From positions 758-64,757 of the forward strand of contig DAIMKF010000006.1 in the NCBI GenBank assembly GCA_036721855.1: DNA of 64,000 nt, in the 5' to 3' direction. Below, piece after piece: positions 49,401-57,866 of the stretch. The position numbers and the translations under genes were made by a program. Positions within the stretch are counted from its first letter, which is position 1; every line of letters begins with the position of its first letter. The DNA comes from Bacillota bacterium. Its GTDB lineage: Bacteria; Bacillota; DTU065. Under the pieces are notes generated by a model that saw only the letters and a list, made by a program, of their open reading frames with translations, did not search any database and was not told where the DNA came from.

Positions 49401-51452
49401 TGGTGTCTCTACATTACCAATTATTTCAGCCTTAGCTAAATTCCAATCTGATACCCTGGCTAAAAGTGATAAGTTAAGTTTGCCGTTTAGTTGGCTGGGA
49501 TCCAGGGGCATTTTCTCTTTTAAAGGAGGTATGGCAGTTAATACAGCCCCGGGATCTAAACCTGCAACATTAACCTCTAGGAAACTTTCACGATGAAGCT
49601 TCTCTTGAGGAAATAGAAGCTTTTGCAGATTATCCGGTAAGGTTAAAGCACCCTTGGCAGCTACATTGGCTCCCATAAACCCAGCTAAAAGATGCTCTAT
49701 TTCTACTACACCATTGGCCATTCTTCCGGATAAAACAAGGCCTTCATGATTATAACCCTCACAAGAACCGGGTGAGGCCTCAAGAGAATAAACGGCAAAA
49801 GGTTGATCATAAAATCCACCGATATTGGTATTTAGATTGATAGTTCCGGTAGCTTTAAAGCCAGAATGCTTTTTACTAATTGTTGCCAGAGCCAGTTTAT
49901 CTACCTTTAACGCTAGATTAAGGTAGGGCTTGGCCAGTACATCTTCAATATTACCAGAGATATTAAAAAAACCGGTTTCCGCTTTACCTGTAACCGAAGT
50001 TATCTCCACATTACCATCTTTATAACTTACCAACCCACCCACATCAGTTAATGGAAAAGCCAAATCAGGATGATTGATAGTTCCGCCATTGATATTTAGA
50101 TCACCACTGATAGATAGCTGAGAAAGGTAACCGGAAACAATAATCCTACCCTTAAAAAGGCCTTGAAGAGAAATATCTTCCAGCCAGTCAAAGTTCTTGC
50201 TATATTTCTCTGGATAACTATTTGAGTGGGGAGAAACCATGTTGTTATAAACAGCATAATAACGGTCATAGAGATCTGCTTTTAAATAACCTTCAGCTAA
50301 ATTTAACTCGCCTCTTTCCAAATCAACCTCTGCAAACAACCGCGGATCAGACCAACCTCCTGCTGTATACCCTTTGGTTATAAACTTGGAATTATCTATT
50401 TGACCTGCCCCACTCCAACTCTCCAGACCTTGATCACTATATTTTACCGTGCCGGATAGATCTTGGACCGGTAAAGGTACCAAATAAGATCTAAAATCCA
50501 CGCCCTTTAGATTAGCTTCCCCTTGAAACTCCAGATAGCCGTTTTTATATACCAGATTAGTTTTGGCATCGACTCGGCCGTTATAAAAATCCAAGCCTAA
50601 ATTAGGTGCTATCCAGTAGTTAAATTCAGTAGGATCTAAATTATAGGTGTCAACTTTTCCTGTCCATTCAGCAGTTTTTAAATCCACAATAATTTTCCCG
50701 TCGACTTGATAAAAACCAGTCTGACTTTTATTTTTAGGTAACCACTCATAAGGCCATTTGGCAATATCCCAACCTGTAATAGGTAGCGAGGCTTCGCCTT
50801 GAAAAGAAATATCAGCTTTGTTATCGCCTATAATCACTGCTTTAGCATTAATTGTTTTGCCCAGATAGATCTGGTTTATATCCATATAAGGCATCCCTTT
50901 AAATGATACCCTGCCTTGTCTTACATAAAGAGGTATGCCTTCGGGTATTGATGTAGTTTGATAATTTTCATTTGAACGCATAAGATCGAAAAAATTCCAC
51001 GCGTTTGAATCTTTGTAATACTCCAGGTTAACAACCGGCTGATATAGAGTAATACTTTCAAGGCCTTTTAAATAATTGCCTTGACAAAATAACAGCTTTA
51101 TAAGGCTATAGTCGATAGTTACTTTCTCAACCTTGAAAAAAGGTTGGTTGTTCTTTTTAAGTTTCTCATCTATCCCAGACTGTTTTGACGGACCTATCAC
51201 TAAATCATGTACCACTAAGCGATGTAAAAAATCCGGAGCTAGTGAACCTATTTCAACATCTCTAGATAAATTATTCTCCAAGATTTTAGTTATTTGGGTC
51301 TTTATATTAGCAGTTATTGATTTTTGATTGAGAACCAATATTACTCCTAAATTAACCAACAATAATAAAGCTAAGATGATGCCAAGGGTGATAAACACGG
51401 CCCTGGCAACAGGATGAGTAATAACTCTGTTTGTCTTTTTTTGTACCGACAT
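46464..51452 (-). CDS. tamB: TamB/AsmA-like translocation-and-assembly-module protein (DUF490 C-terminus)
   Basis: 1662 aa. N-terminal signal-anchor, very long repetitive beta-rich sequence, C-terminus ...KLEYRIKPQTKLTASLDDKGEFRIGIEFGINF. Immediately upstream of bamA. Confidence 0.75.
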   Translation of the reverse strand: MSVQKKTNRVITHPVARAVFITLGIILALLLLVNLGVILVLNQKSITANIKTQITKILENNLSRDVEIGSLAPDFLHRLVVHDLVIGPSKQSGIDEKLKKNNQPFFKVEKVTIDYSLIKLLFCQGNYLKGLESITLYQPVVNLEYYKDSNAWNFFDLMRSNENYQTTSIPEGIPLYVRQGRVSFKGMPYMDINQIYLGKTINAKAVIIGDNKADISFQGEASLPITGWDIAKWPYEWLPKNKSQTGFYQVDGKIIVDLKTAEWTGKVDTYNLDPTEFNYWIAPNLGLDFYNGRVDAKTNLVYKNGYLEFQGEANLKGVDFRSYLVPLPVQDLSGTVKYSDQGLESWSGAGQIDNSKFITKGYTAGGWSDPRLFAEVDLERGELNLAEGYLKADLYDRYYAVYNNMVSPHSNSYPEKYSKNFDWLEDISLQGLFKGRIIVSGYLSQLSISGDLNINGGTINHPDLAFPLTDVGGLVSYKDGNVEITSVTGKAETGFFNISGNIEDVLAKPYLNLALKVDKLALATISKKHSGFKATGTINLNTNIGGFYDQPFAVYSLEASPGSCEGYNHEGLVLSGRMANGVVEIEHLLAGFMGANVAAKGALTLPDNLQKLLFPQEKLHRESFLEVNVAGLDPGAVLTAIPPLKEKMPLDPSQLNGKLNLSLLARVSDWNLAKAEIIGNVETPKLVYENIKATNLKGGFYLRDGKVGLEGLQAEIDPAKIFLSGILPLNETEQLNLDLNISSFEPNAFVALVPQLKDLGGRIDLVLRINGSITNPLASGSIDWLHPAYKDIKFKRLSGNLNGDPKAEVINLINLNLSSLSGSTHGIHGFIKLKDKISGKLALSIRDQDIGEILEPLGYLDWATGSICADLSLEGTLDDPLIKLDLSKGPVNIFGLETKNIAASLTYNQGLLLITRGKGEFNRGSFSVFGSVDTLGQMDLQLNLKKIPLKTLPYPDDYKKYLADGLASYSGRITGTIKDPNIRGEIVVEDAIVLGQRIDGIAGLFSLANQCLLISNSEIRWGQGLFSTKGKYDLKTKEINGELTALRADVQKIASFAGYKLPENIWANFTAQISGSIDDPHLNLDLTKATWMLADIQPTFAAKIRYEGGVLQVSEANLAVNGSNILLAGNYNKNGNLNWTMQGRNVDLRNIKPALNFSQNLDGIVNFKANLTGSLENFKGKLELEASNLNYEQLQLKGLLGSFAIDNQGIRITEFRASLEGNELSVTGTIPWPDEPEIIEKFLNKPSGKKLPLKLSVRSPKSNLSSLNGLFRGIAFNRGQLKVNVDVSGDWQKPQFNGSIILTDASLSYTSYLESIDDLTGEVIFLGNKAEINNVSAKVGQGSAKIGGVIYLEHLNPDLSITYAVTKIPYKTELVKTVITGKGRIAGTLKAPLISGQIEMEDTDVNLAAFEEKSAQSYVKLPITLDLNVDHRGEFRVKGLGLNAKGTGSVQITGPLNNLGLDGRVEATEGNINYLDNVFEITKAQLIFQRYRGVLPLISAEALTRLPSADIRVQVNGTLGDLRTTLISDPPMSETEIIRKLTLHRFSNFAGGNIQQALTEELLRIVTNQIEATVLGDVENVMKETFKLDEFKLEPNIMERTMKFKAGKYLFENLYFTYSRTLEIKAKEMMKLEYRIKPQTKLTASLDDKGEFRIGIEFGINF

Positions 51453-51510
51453 CCACTCCCGGCAAGGCCGGTTTTCACCTCCCTAAAAAAATTCAAAGTT
51501 TATAAAATAC

Positions 51511-53187
51511 CTAAAGCAAACTATTTTCTAATATTTCTAAGTCAAAAGTTATTTCCCCCTCCATAACATAGTCGGTTGCTAGCCGATTCTGTACCGGTAA
51601 GGGAATATCATTTGCATCATCATTTTCATATAAACCCTCATCAAACGGCGGGTAGAACTCTACTACAAGTTCATTATTCTTCTCACGGTTTAGAAAATCT
51701 TTAAGAACCTTTTCCCAGTCCTTTGCTTCTTGAGAAATCGGTGTGCTTTTGCGTTCTTCGGAGTGTAATTCAAGTTTTTCGCTTACAGAAACAGAGTCTG
51801 ATTCATAAGAAGAAATTGATATGCCCGGGCGTACAACAACATGAACCATGCCGGGTGTAATATCCTTAGGGATAGGTAGAACCATCTTAACTGTCTCTGT
51901 TTCACCTCTAAAGGGTCGCAACTGAATTTTAACTTCAAGATCTTGGCCCGGGTTAACTTGATTGGCCTCCGGGTTGGCACTGGTAATAACTGCTGTGTTT
52001 CTAGTTTCAGTGAATTCAGCTAAAACTGTGATCTCATTCGGTTCGACTTTGTAATAGTCGTTAAATAATATTAAATCCAGTATCTCTGCTATTTCACTTA
52101 AACTAAGTGCGGCTATATCCGCATAACTATAGAAATAGTTTTCCCTTTCCAGAGTATAAGGTAGGCCTTGGCCTTTAATAGTAAATTTAATCTTTGAACT
52201 ACCGGCCCCTACTCTATCTATACCTCTGTCAAAACCTTCTAAGACTGTACTAACTGCCAGTTTATCAAAAAGCATATTGTCAGGAATAACAAAAGCTTTG
52301 GTTTCAAGAGCTTGATCTAAATCTTTTTCCTTCACAACTACTTTTACCGGTACCATCAGAGGACTTTTACCTAAGCTCCCCAAGATACCTGCTCCTCTAT
52401 CTTCGCTGATAAGACCGATTTTTTCGCTAAAACTAGCTAACTTAAAGCTTGTAGACTGACCTTGAATTACTGCGTGGATAAAGCTGGTGCTAGCCAGATA
52501 AGCTGTTTTGCCTCTTTTTAACAGAGGATGACCGAAAGCTAGAAATCTTCCGTCCGGATAGATAGTAGTTACGGTGCCAAAACCACCTACAGTAACATCA
52601 CCGGTTACCAGTAAAACACCCAAAGCGGATCCTGGTTCTATCTGCAAATTTGCACTGTCTTTAAGACCGGCACTGCTTTTGGCTATTTTAAACCCTAGCT
52701 GTTTTTCTAAAAACAATCTGCCTCGATCACCAAAACCACCGGCAACTAGGGGGGTAGACAATGATCTTAGTGTTGTATTGGTGGGAAAATGTTCAAGCGG
52801 AAAATCACTTGCAGGCAGAGCGAGTAGCTTTTCCATTTCACTAATCGGTGTTACAAGACCCAAGATATGTCCATAATCATTAAAGCCATAACTGATAGCC
52901 CCTAAAAGCTTGCCCTCTATATAAACAGGACTGCCACTCATGCCTTCAACGACTCCGCCTAATTCCAGTGCTTTGCCACCGACCTTAATTAAAATAAAAT
53001 CGCCAACAGTTCCTTCACCGGGAATAATACTCACTATCTCTACCGGAAACTCTTCTACCTTTGTACCTGAAAACACAGTTTTACCAATACCTTTTAGTCC
53101 GGGCACAACTTCATTGAAAGGAAAATTTGCAGCCCCGAGAGTTACTGACAATATAACAATTAAAATTAGTGCTATCCTTCTTTTCAT
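51511..53187 (-). CDS. Peptidase S55 (SpoIVB-type) domain protein
   Basis: Signal/anchor sequence. GVVEGMSGSPVYIEGKLLGAISYGF closely parallels the SpoIVB catalytic-Ser region. GTVTTIYPDGRFLAFGHPL provides the His region. Confidence 0.7.
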   Translation of the reverse strand: MKRRIALILIVILSVTLGAANFPFNEVVPGLKGIGKTVFSGTKVEEFPVEIVSIIPGEGTVGDFILIKVGGKALELGGVVEGMSGSPVYIEGKLLGAISYGFNDYGHILGLVTPISEMEKLLALPASDFPLEHFPTNTTLRSLSTPLVAGGFGDRGRLFLEKQLGFKIAKSSAGLKDSANLQIEPGSALGVLLVTGDVTVGGFGTVTTIYPDGRFLAFGHPLLKRGKTAYLASTSFIHAVIQGQSTSFKLASFSEKIGLISEDRGAGILGSLGKSPLMVPVKVVVKEKDLDQALETKAFVIPDNMLFDKLAVSTVLEGFDRGIDRVGAGSSKIKFTIKGQGLPYTLERENYFYSYADIAALSLSEIAEILDLILFNDYYKVEPNEITVLAEFTETRNTAVITSANPEANQVNPGQDLEVKIQLRPFRGETETVKMVLPIPKDITPGMVHVVVRPGISISSYESDSVSVSEKLELHSEERKSTPISQEAKDWEKVLKDFLNREKNNELVVEFYPPFDEGLYENDDANDIPLPVQNRLATDYVMEGEITFDLEILENSLL

Positions 53188-53508
53188 CTAAAACACCTCT
53201 GTCTTAGGTATAAATCCCTAGTTAGTGATTTCCTTCATATTTTTTCTCTTGCAGTAGTAATAAGATTCCTTGTTTGCTAATACTAGCTCTCTAAAGATAC
53301 CTTTTTCTGTTACATTTGTCTACTTCTTTGCACGAGAATAGCATTCCTTCCTTTTATTGCCTTTGCTCTAAAAGCTTTATTTTACCTTTTCCGATAATAA
53401 CTGGATAATTAAATTATTATTTCTAAAACCATCGCCTTGGTTCATCTGGCTTAGATAGTAACTCTAGTTACAGTTGAGCCTTTTTTAAGGTAATAATGTG
53501 TTTTTTTG

Positions 53509-53538
53509 ATTATACTAGGAGTCTTAGACAATTACCAA
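53509..53538 (-). promoter_or_regulatory. Putative sigma-A-type promoter in the long ORF-free gap
   Basis: Minus strand: TTGGTA (53533-53538), 18 nt, TATAAT (53509-53514). It would give a ~320-nt leader before the S55 gene. Confidence 0.25.
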
Positions 53539-53901
53539 TGGTATTAATTAGGACGATAATATTACTGTTACCCTCTTTTTATTAACTATATAGCTTCAAT
53601 CAAAGGTACCATCGGTAAGAATCTGTCATTGGCTTTTATTCTTCCCTTAAATTGAACTATACCTATTCGAAGCAAACACTTACTTCTATTGCTTTGCCTA
53701 CCATATTTTGCCAAAGAAGACATTGCTTATCTGTAGGAGGTTAAACTTCCCCTATTGTGCTTTATTTATAAAACAGGTTGCAGAAAAAACCTCTCAAATA
53801 TTAATATTTTTAGACAATAACCTCTACCAAAGGATACGCCGACTGGCTTTTTTATTTTTAAACTAATTTTAGTTTACCCGAATTATCGGTTATTTAGGCT
53901 A

Positions 53902-53938
53902 TAAAAAATAAAGACCCCAGTTATTTACTGGAGTCTTT
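53902..53938 (-). terminator. Rho-independent terminator ending the flagellar ring/rod operon
   Basis: AAAGACTCCAG taaataa CTGGGGTCTTT ATTTTTTAT on the minus strand. The flgJ-like stop codon lies in the loop. Confidence 0.7.
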
Positions 53939-54244
53939 ATAGATTAACTGGGCAGACAGCTGTCTAAATAAAGCATCTGCTATCCCAAGGCCTTTACCCA
54001 TTGAAATCTCTTTTGCCATCTCCTCTAAATACATATCCTCCCAAATCCTTTGGGCTTGGCTTTTAGGAAACAAACCTTCACTTGGAACTGTTTTCCACAT
54101 GGTCTTTAACATTTGTTCGGCAAAGATTGCTTCGAATTCTTGACAGGTTCTTTTCAATTGTGCTATTTTGTACTCTTTCTCCGGTCTAAGACTTTTTCCG
54201 GTATCATTGACAAAAAGTAATGGCCTTGTTGTCGGAATAAGCAT
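53921..54244 (-). CDS. flgJ: Flagellar rod-binding protein (FlgJ N-terminal domain only)
   Basis: FEAIFAEQMLKTMWKT and MAKEISMGKGLGIADALFRQL fit the rod-binding domain pattern. No muramidase domain is attached. Confidence 0.7.
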   Translation of the reverse strand: MLIPTTRPLLFVNDTGKSLRPEKEYKIAQLKRTCQEFEAIFAEQMLKTMWKTVPSEGLFPKSQAQRIWEDMYLEEMAKEISMGKGLGIADALFRQLSAQLIYKDSSK

Positions 54245-54254
54245 TTTTCTCCTC

Positions 54255-55376
54255 CTACATTATCTCCAAAACACCATGGAGTGCTCCTGCTTCTTTCATG
54301 CCCTGCAAGATGGAAATAATATCTCGAGGTGTGGCACCTATAGCGTTTAGAGCATCTACTAATTCACCTACCGAAGTGTTTGGTTTTAGTTCAAAAAAGT
54401 TAGCCAACTCTTCTTTGGTTTCCAACTTAGTCTGTTCAATTACAACGGTTTGTCCTTCGCTCCAAGGTACTGGTTGTGAAACTTGCTTTTCTGAAGCAAT
54501 CTCAACTTTCAAACCACCTTGAGCAATTGCCACGGCACTGATTTTAACTCCTGAGCCAAAAACAACAGTACCTGTTCTTTCGTTAATAACAATTTTAGCC
54601 ACCGAATCAGGTACTACCCGTAGATTTTCAATCCTGGAAATGAGGGCTACGGGGTCTGTTTTTTGATCCTCATTAAGTAAAACTTCTACTGTTCCTGAAT
54701 CCTTAGCACAAGCGACTTCGCCAAGCTCCTGGTTAATAACATAGGCAATTCTGTTGGCTGTAGTGAAATCTTTGCTATGCAGGCTAAATGTAATCTTATC
54801 GCCAAAATCATAATCCATATCTATCGATTGCTCCACTATAGCTCCATTGGGGATACGTGCAGTTACAGTGGCATTTTTGGTGGAGATACTGCCTCCACTT
54901 TCAGCCGCATAGCCTCCGGTAGAAATAGCTCCTTGGGCTAGGGCATAGACTTCATCTCCTGCGATAAGTTGGGTTAGAGTCAGATAACCTCCCTGAAGGT
55001 TTTTGGCATCTCCAATAGAGGCCACTAATACATCAGTCTTGTCTCCTTCTCTAGCAAATGCCGGTAAGATTGCATTGACTGTAACCACAGCTATATTGCG
55101 ACTTTTTAAATCGCTTGAATTTACATGAAGCCCAAGCTTAGTTAGGGTGTTTGCCATTATTGTTGAACTCACAACTGCTTTTGAGTCTCCTGTTCCATTT
55201 AAACCTACAACAATACCAATCCCTGTTAAAACATTTGGGCGTACACCTACAATAGAGACTAACTCTTTGATCCTTATCTCGGGATTATAAACAACCGGAA
55301 TAAATTCAACTTCATTGGCTATTAAATTGCTTGCAATCATTAGGAACAACAATAAGACTAGGGCTGTCTTTTTCAA
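54255..55376 (-). CDS. flgI: Flagellar P-ring protein
   Basis: RIKELVSIVGVRPNVLTGIGIVVGLNGTGD, NIAVVTVNAILPAFAREGDKTDVLVASIGDAKNLQGG, and C-terminal LQGMKEAGALHGVLEIM. Confidence 0.92.
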   Translation of the reverse strand: MKKTALVLLLFLMIASNLIANEVEFIPVVYNPEIRIKELVSIVGVRPNVLTGIGIVVGLNGTGDSKAVVSSTIMANTLTKLGLHVNSSDLKSRNIAVVTVNAILPAFAREGDKTDVLVASIGDAKNLQGGYLTLTQLIAGDEVYALAQGAISTGGYAAESGGSISTKNATVTARIPNGAIVEQSIDMDYDFGDKITFSLHSKDFTTANRIAYVINQELGEVACAKDSGTVEVLLNEDQKTDPVALISRIENLRVVPDSVAKIVINERTGTVVFGSGVKISAVAIAQGGLKVEIASEKQVSQPVPWSEGQTVVIEQTKLETKEELANFFELKPNTSVGELVDALNAIGATPRDIISILQGMKEAGALHGVLEIM

Positions 55377-55388
55377 GGTCTAAACCTC

Positions 55389-55970
55389 CTAAAACAGCCA
55401 CTCTAAAAGCCTTGTCAAAAGGCCCGGAGTGGTTTTGTTGTTAATGGCACCATTGCCCGACAAATGGATCTCAGCATCGGCAAGAAAAGTTGAAAGTATA
55501 GTGTTATTAACCGTTATATCAGCTTCTCTGATAAATCCTGTCAGAACAATTTCCTGCTCTTCGCCATCAATTTTAATTTTGCGTTTGCCTTCGATTTTCA
55601 AAATATTATTGTCAAGAACGTCAACTACTTTGGCTGTAATGCTAGTCTGAAAGCGGTTATCTTTTGATGTTGAACCGGAAGCACTGTGTTCTAATTCTCC
55701 TGCCGCACTTATAAGCGGAATAAAGTTTAGCAGACCTCCTCCCGGAGCTACCGAAACTGAACCGTCTTTTGAGCCGCTGCTGGAAGCTTTTTGACTAGCC
55801 TCCGTCTTTTCAATAACAATTACGGTAATTAAATCACCGAGTTTGTGTTGACGAGAGTTTTGAAAAAACTCATATTTATTAGTTTTCCATAAAGAAGCTG
55901 CTTTTGCCGTGGAAATGAAAGTTACTAACAATAAGACTAAAACTAAGACTTTTTTGATTCTAATAGACAT
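55389..55970 (-). CDS. flgH: Flagellar L-ring protein (no lipobox cysteine)
   Basis: SLWK...HKLGDLITVIVIEKTEASQ and ITAKVVDVLDNNILKIEG...VLTGFIREADI match the FlgH pattern. The signal peptide ends ...STAKAAS and has no Cys. Confidence 0.85.
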   Translation of the reverse strand: MSIRIKKVLVLVLLLVTFISTAKAASLWKTNKYEFFQNSRQHKLGDLITVIVIEKTEASQKASSSGSKDGSVSVAPGGGLLNFIPLISAAGELEHSASGSTSKDNRFQTSITAKVVDVLDNNILKIEGKRKIKIDGEEQEIVLTGFIREADITVNNTILSTFLADAEIHLSGNGAINNKTTPGLLTRLLEWLF

Positions 55971-56014
55971 AACTTCTCTACCCCCTTTAGGTAGCTAATC
56001 TTAGTTAGAATCGG

Positions 56015-57043
56015 TTAGTAAGGTATCATCAATAAGGTTCCGTCTTCTTGAACAAACCCCACTAGTTCTTTGCCACTGGTAAGATTAACTGACCTGGCTT
56101 TTTGGCCAACAATTGCATCTTCTAAAAGCTCTACTAACACTTCTAAATAGAGAGAACCTTTTTGATAGCTTAGTTTAGTGGTCTGGCCTTTGTATTTTAT
56201 GGGACGCAGTTCAACCTGGTTTTGCATCAGATAATCGCCATTGCGAATTAAATTTTTTGCTTGGTAGGCGCTTAGCTCTTCGGAGGTTGCCAAAAGATTA
56301 TACGGGTTTTTGGAAAACTTCACCAGTTCTTTTTTAATATTTTCTTCATCTAGTTGTTCTTTAGGCCTGTAATCTCTTTTGGCAACAAAAACCGGTCCTT
56401 CGTATTCGATAAAAACCATTATCATAATGCGTTTTTTTTGTCCGTTAGCAAGTAAAGCATCGACTGGAACAGCTATTTTACCATAGTTAAGGTTATTTAA
56501 AAAAGCTAGATCAACTAAAACTGCACTTGTTGTCTCCGGCCAGGGTATTTCTTCTGGTCTTTTTTCCAAAATGATCTCAAAGATAAATTCCTTTGGTACA
56601 AGCTCGGTTAAACGGAAACTTAATTGCTTTTCTACCTCTGCCCAAAGACTTTTATAATCAAGAGTAAAAGTCTGGAGGCTTTCTTTGTCCTCTTTGTTTT
56701 CAACTGTTTGAAAACGATAAACGTCAACTTTATTTGGTCCTACTAAATTTTCAGCCTCCAAAAAGTAACCGTTTTTTCTAAATAACGAAATCACAAAACT
56801 TTTGTAAATTGAACGTTTGATATTCAAACTCGGCGACTGCCAAACGATAATCTCTGCCCAGGGAGATTCAACCGTAGCCTCCAAAATTAAATCTTTGAGG
56901 TAAATTTGCTCTGTATAAACTTCGGCTTTTTCTTTCAAGGTTAAACCAAATACTGGAAAAGCTAATGTTATCATCAGCAAATACAGGCAAATTGGACGGG
57001 GTCTAAGCCCCGTCCAAACTTCATTTTTCAGAATACGAGGCAT
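56015..57043 (-). CDS. flgA: Flagellar P-ring assembly chaperone FlgA-like (extended N-terminus)
   Basis: C-terminal SAF/FlgA pattern: AKNLIRNGDYLMQNQVELRPIKYKGQTTKLSYQKGSLYLEVLVELLEDAIVGQKARSVNLTSGKELVGFV. Position between flgG and flgH. Confidence 0.65.
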   Translation of the reverse strand: MPRILKNEVWTGLRPRPICLYLLMITLAFPVFGLTLKEKAEVYTEQIYLKDLILEATVESPWAEIIVWQSPSLNIKRSIYKSFVISLFRKNGYFLEAENLVGPNKVDVYRFQTVENKEDKESLQTFTLDYKSLWAEVEKQLSFRLTELVPKEFIFEIILEKRPEEIPWPETTSAVLVDLAFLNNLNYGKIAVPVDALLANGQKKRIMIMVFIEYEGPVFVAKRDYRPKEQLDEENIKKELVKFSKNPYNLLATSEELSAYQAKNLIRNGDYLMQNQVELRPIKYKGQTTKLSYQKGSLYLEVLVELLEDAIVGQKARSVNLTSGKELVGFVQEDGTLLMIPY

Positions 57044-57046
57044 GGC

Positions 57047-57835
57047 TTAGCGACGTAGATTGTTAGCTGTTTGTAGCATCTCATCAGCTGCTTGAATCGC
57101 TTTTGAGTTAACCTCATAAGCTCTTTGAGCCACAATCATACTAACCATTTCCTCAACTACTTGTACATTAGACATTTCCAGATAGCCATGAGCCAAGGTT
57201 CCAAAACCCTCTAGCCCGGGCGTGCCAATAATTGCTTCGCCTGAAGCTGCGGTGGCCTTGAAAAGATTGCGTCCTAAACTTTTAAGACCGGCAGCGTTTA
57301 CAAACCTTACCAGTTCAATTTGGCCAATGCTTTGCGGGTTATCTTCACCCTTGATTCTAATTGAGACATTGCCATCGGTACTGATGGAGATGTCAGTAGC
57401 ATCGTCAGGTATAATCAGCTCGGGGGCTAAGGGAAAGCCGTCTGAGTTAACCACTCTACCTTCGCCATCGCGTTTAAAAGCACCGTCACGGGTAAAGGCC
57501 ACTGATCCATCGGGCATTAAAACCTGGAAAAAACCTTCGCCTTCAATATTAATATCTAACGGACCATCTGTAGGCTTAAACTCGCCTTGAGTGAATATTT
57601 TTTGAGTAGAAACCGGTCTTACACCATGGCCAATCTGAATCCCGGTCGGTACTTGTGCTCCCTGGATGACAGGTGTGCCGGCCGAACGTATGGTTTGATA
57701 AAGCAGATCCTGAAAATCAACCCTACTCTTCTTATAACCGGTTGTATTTACATTAGCTAAGTTGTTAGCAATGTTGTCAATATTAGTTTGTTGTGCCAAC
57801 ATTCCTGAGCCTGCTGTCCACAAAGAACGCATCAT
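57047..57835 (-). CDS. flgG: Flagellar distal rod protein
   Basis: MRSLWTAGSGMLAQQTNIDNIANNLANVNTTGYK and C-terminal LEMSNVQVVEEMVSMIVAQRAYE. Confidence 0.9.
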   Translation of the reverse strand: MMRSLWTAGSGMLAQQTNIDNIANNLANVNTTGYKKSRVDFQDLLYQTIRSAGTPVIQGAQVPTGIQIGHGVRPVSTQKIFTQGEFKPTDGPLDINIEGEGFFQVLMPDGSVAFTRDGAFKRDGEGRVVNSDGFPLAPELIIPDDATDISISTDGNVSIRIKGEDNPQSIGQIELVRFVNAAGLKSLGRNLFKATAASGEAIIGTPGLEGFGTLAHGYLEMSNVQVVEEMVSMIVAQRAYEVNSKAIQAADEMLQTANNLRR

Positions 57836-57866
57836 GACACATCATTCCTTCTTTGAAATATTTACC

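Noticed and set aside
53188-53920. c-di-GMP-type or other known riboswitch, or a small protein gene, in the long gap
   Set aside because: GCAAAGGC- and GUGCAAAG-like strings occur, but without the paired GEMM hairpins or tetraloop/receptor arrangement. The only ATG-initiated small ORF on the minus strand (MSSLAKYGRQSNRSK...) has no RBS. A GCC-gact-GGC + T-run element on the plus strand (about 53838-53860) has only a 3-bp stem.
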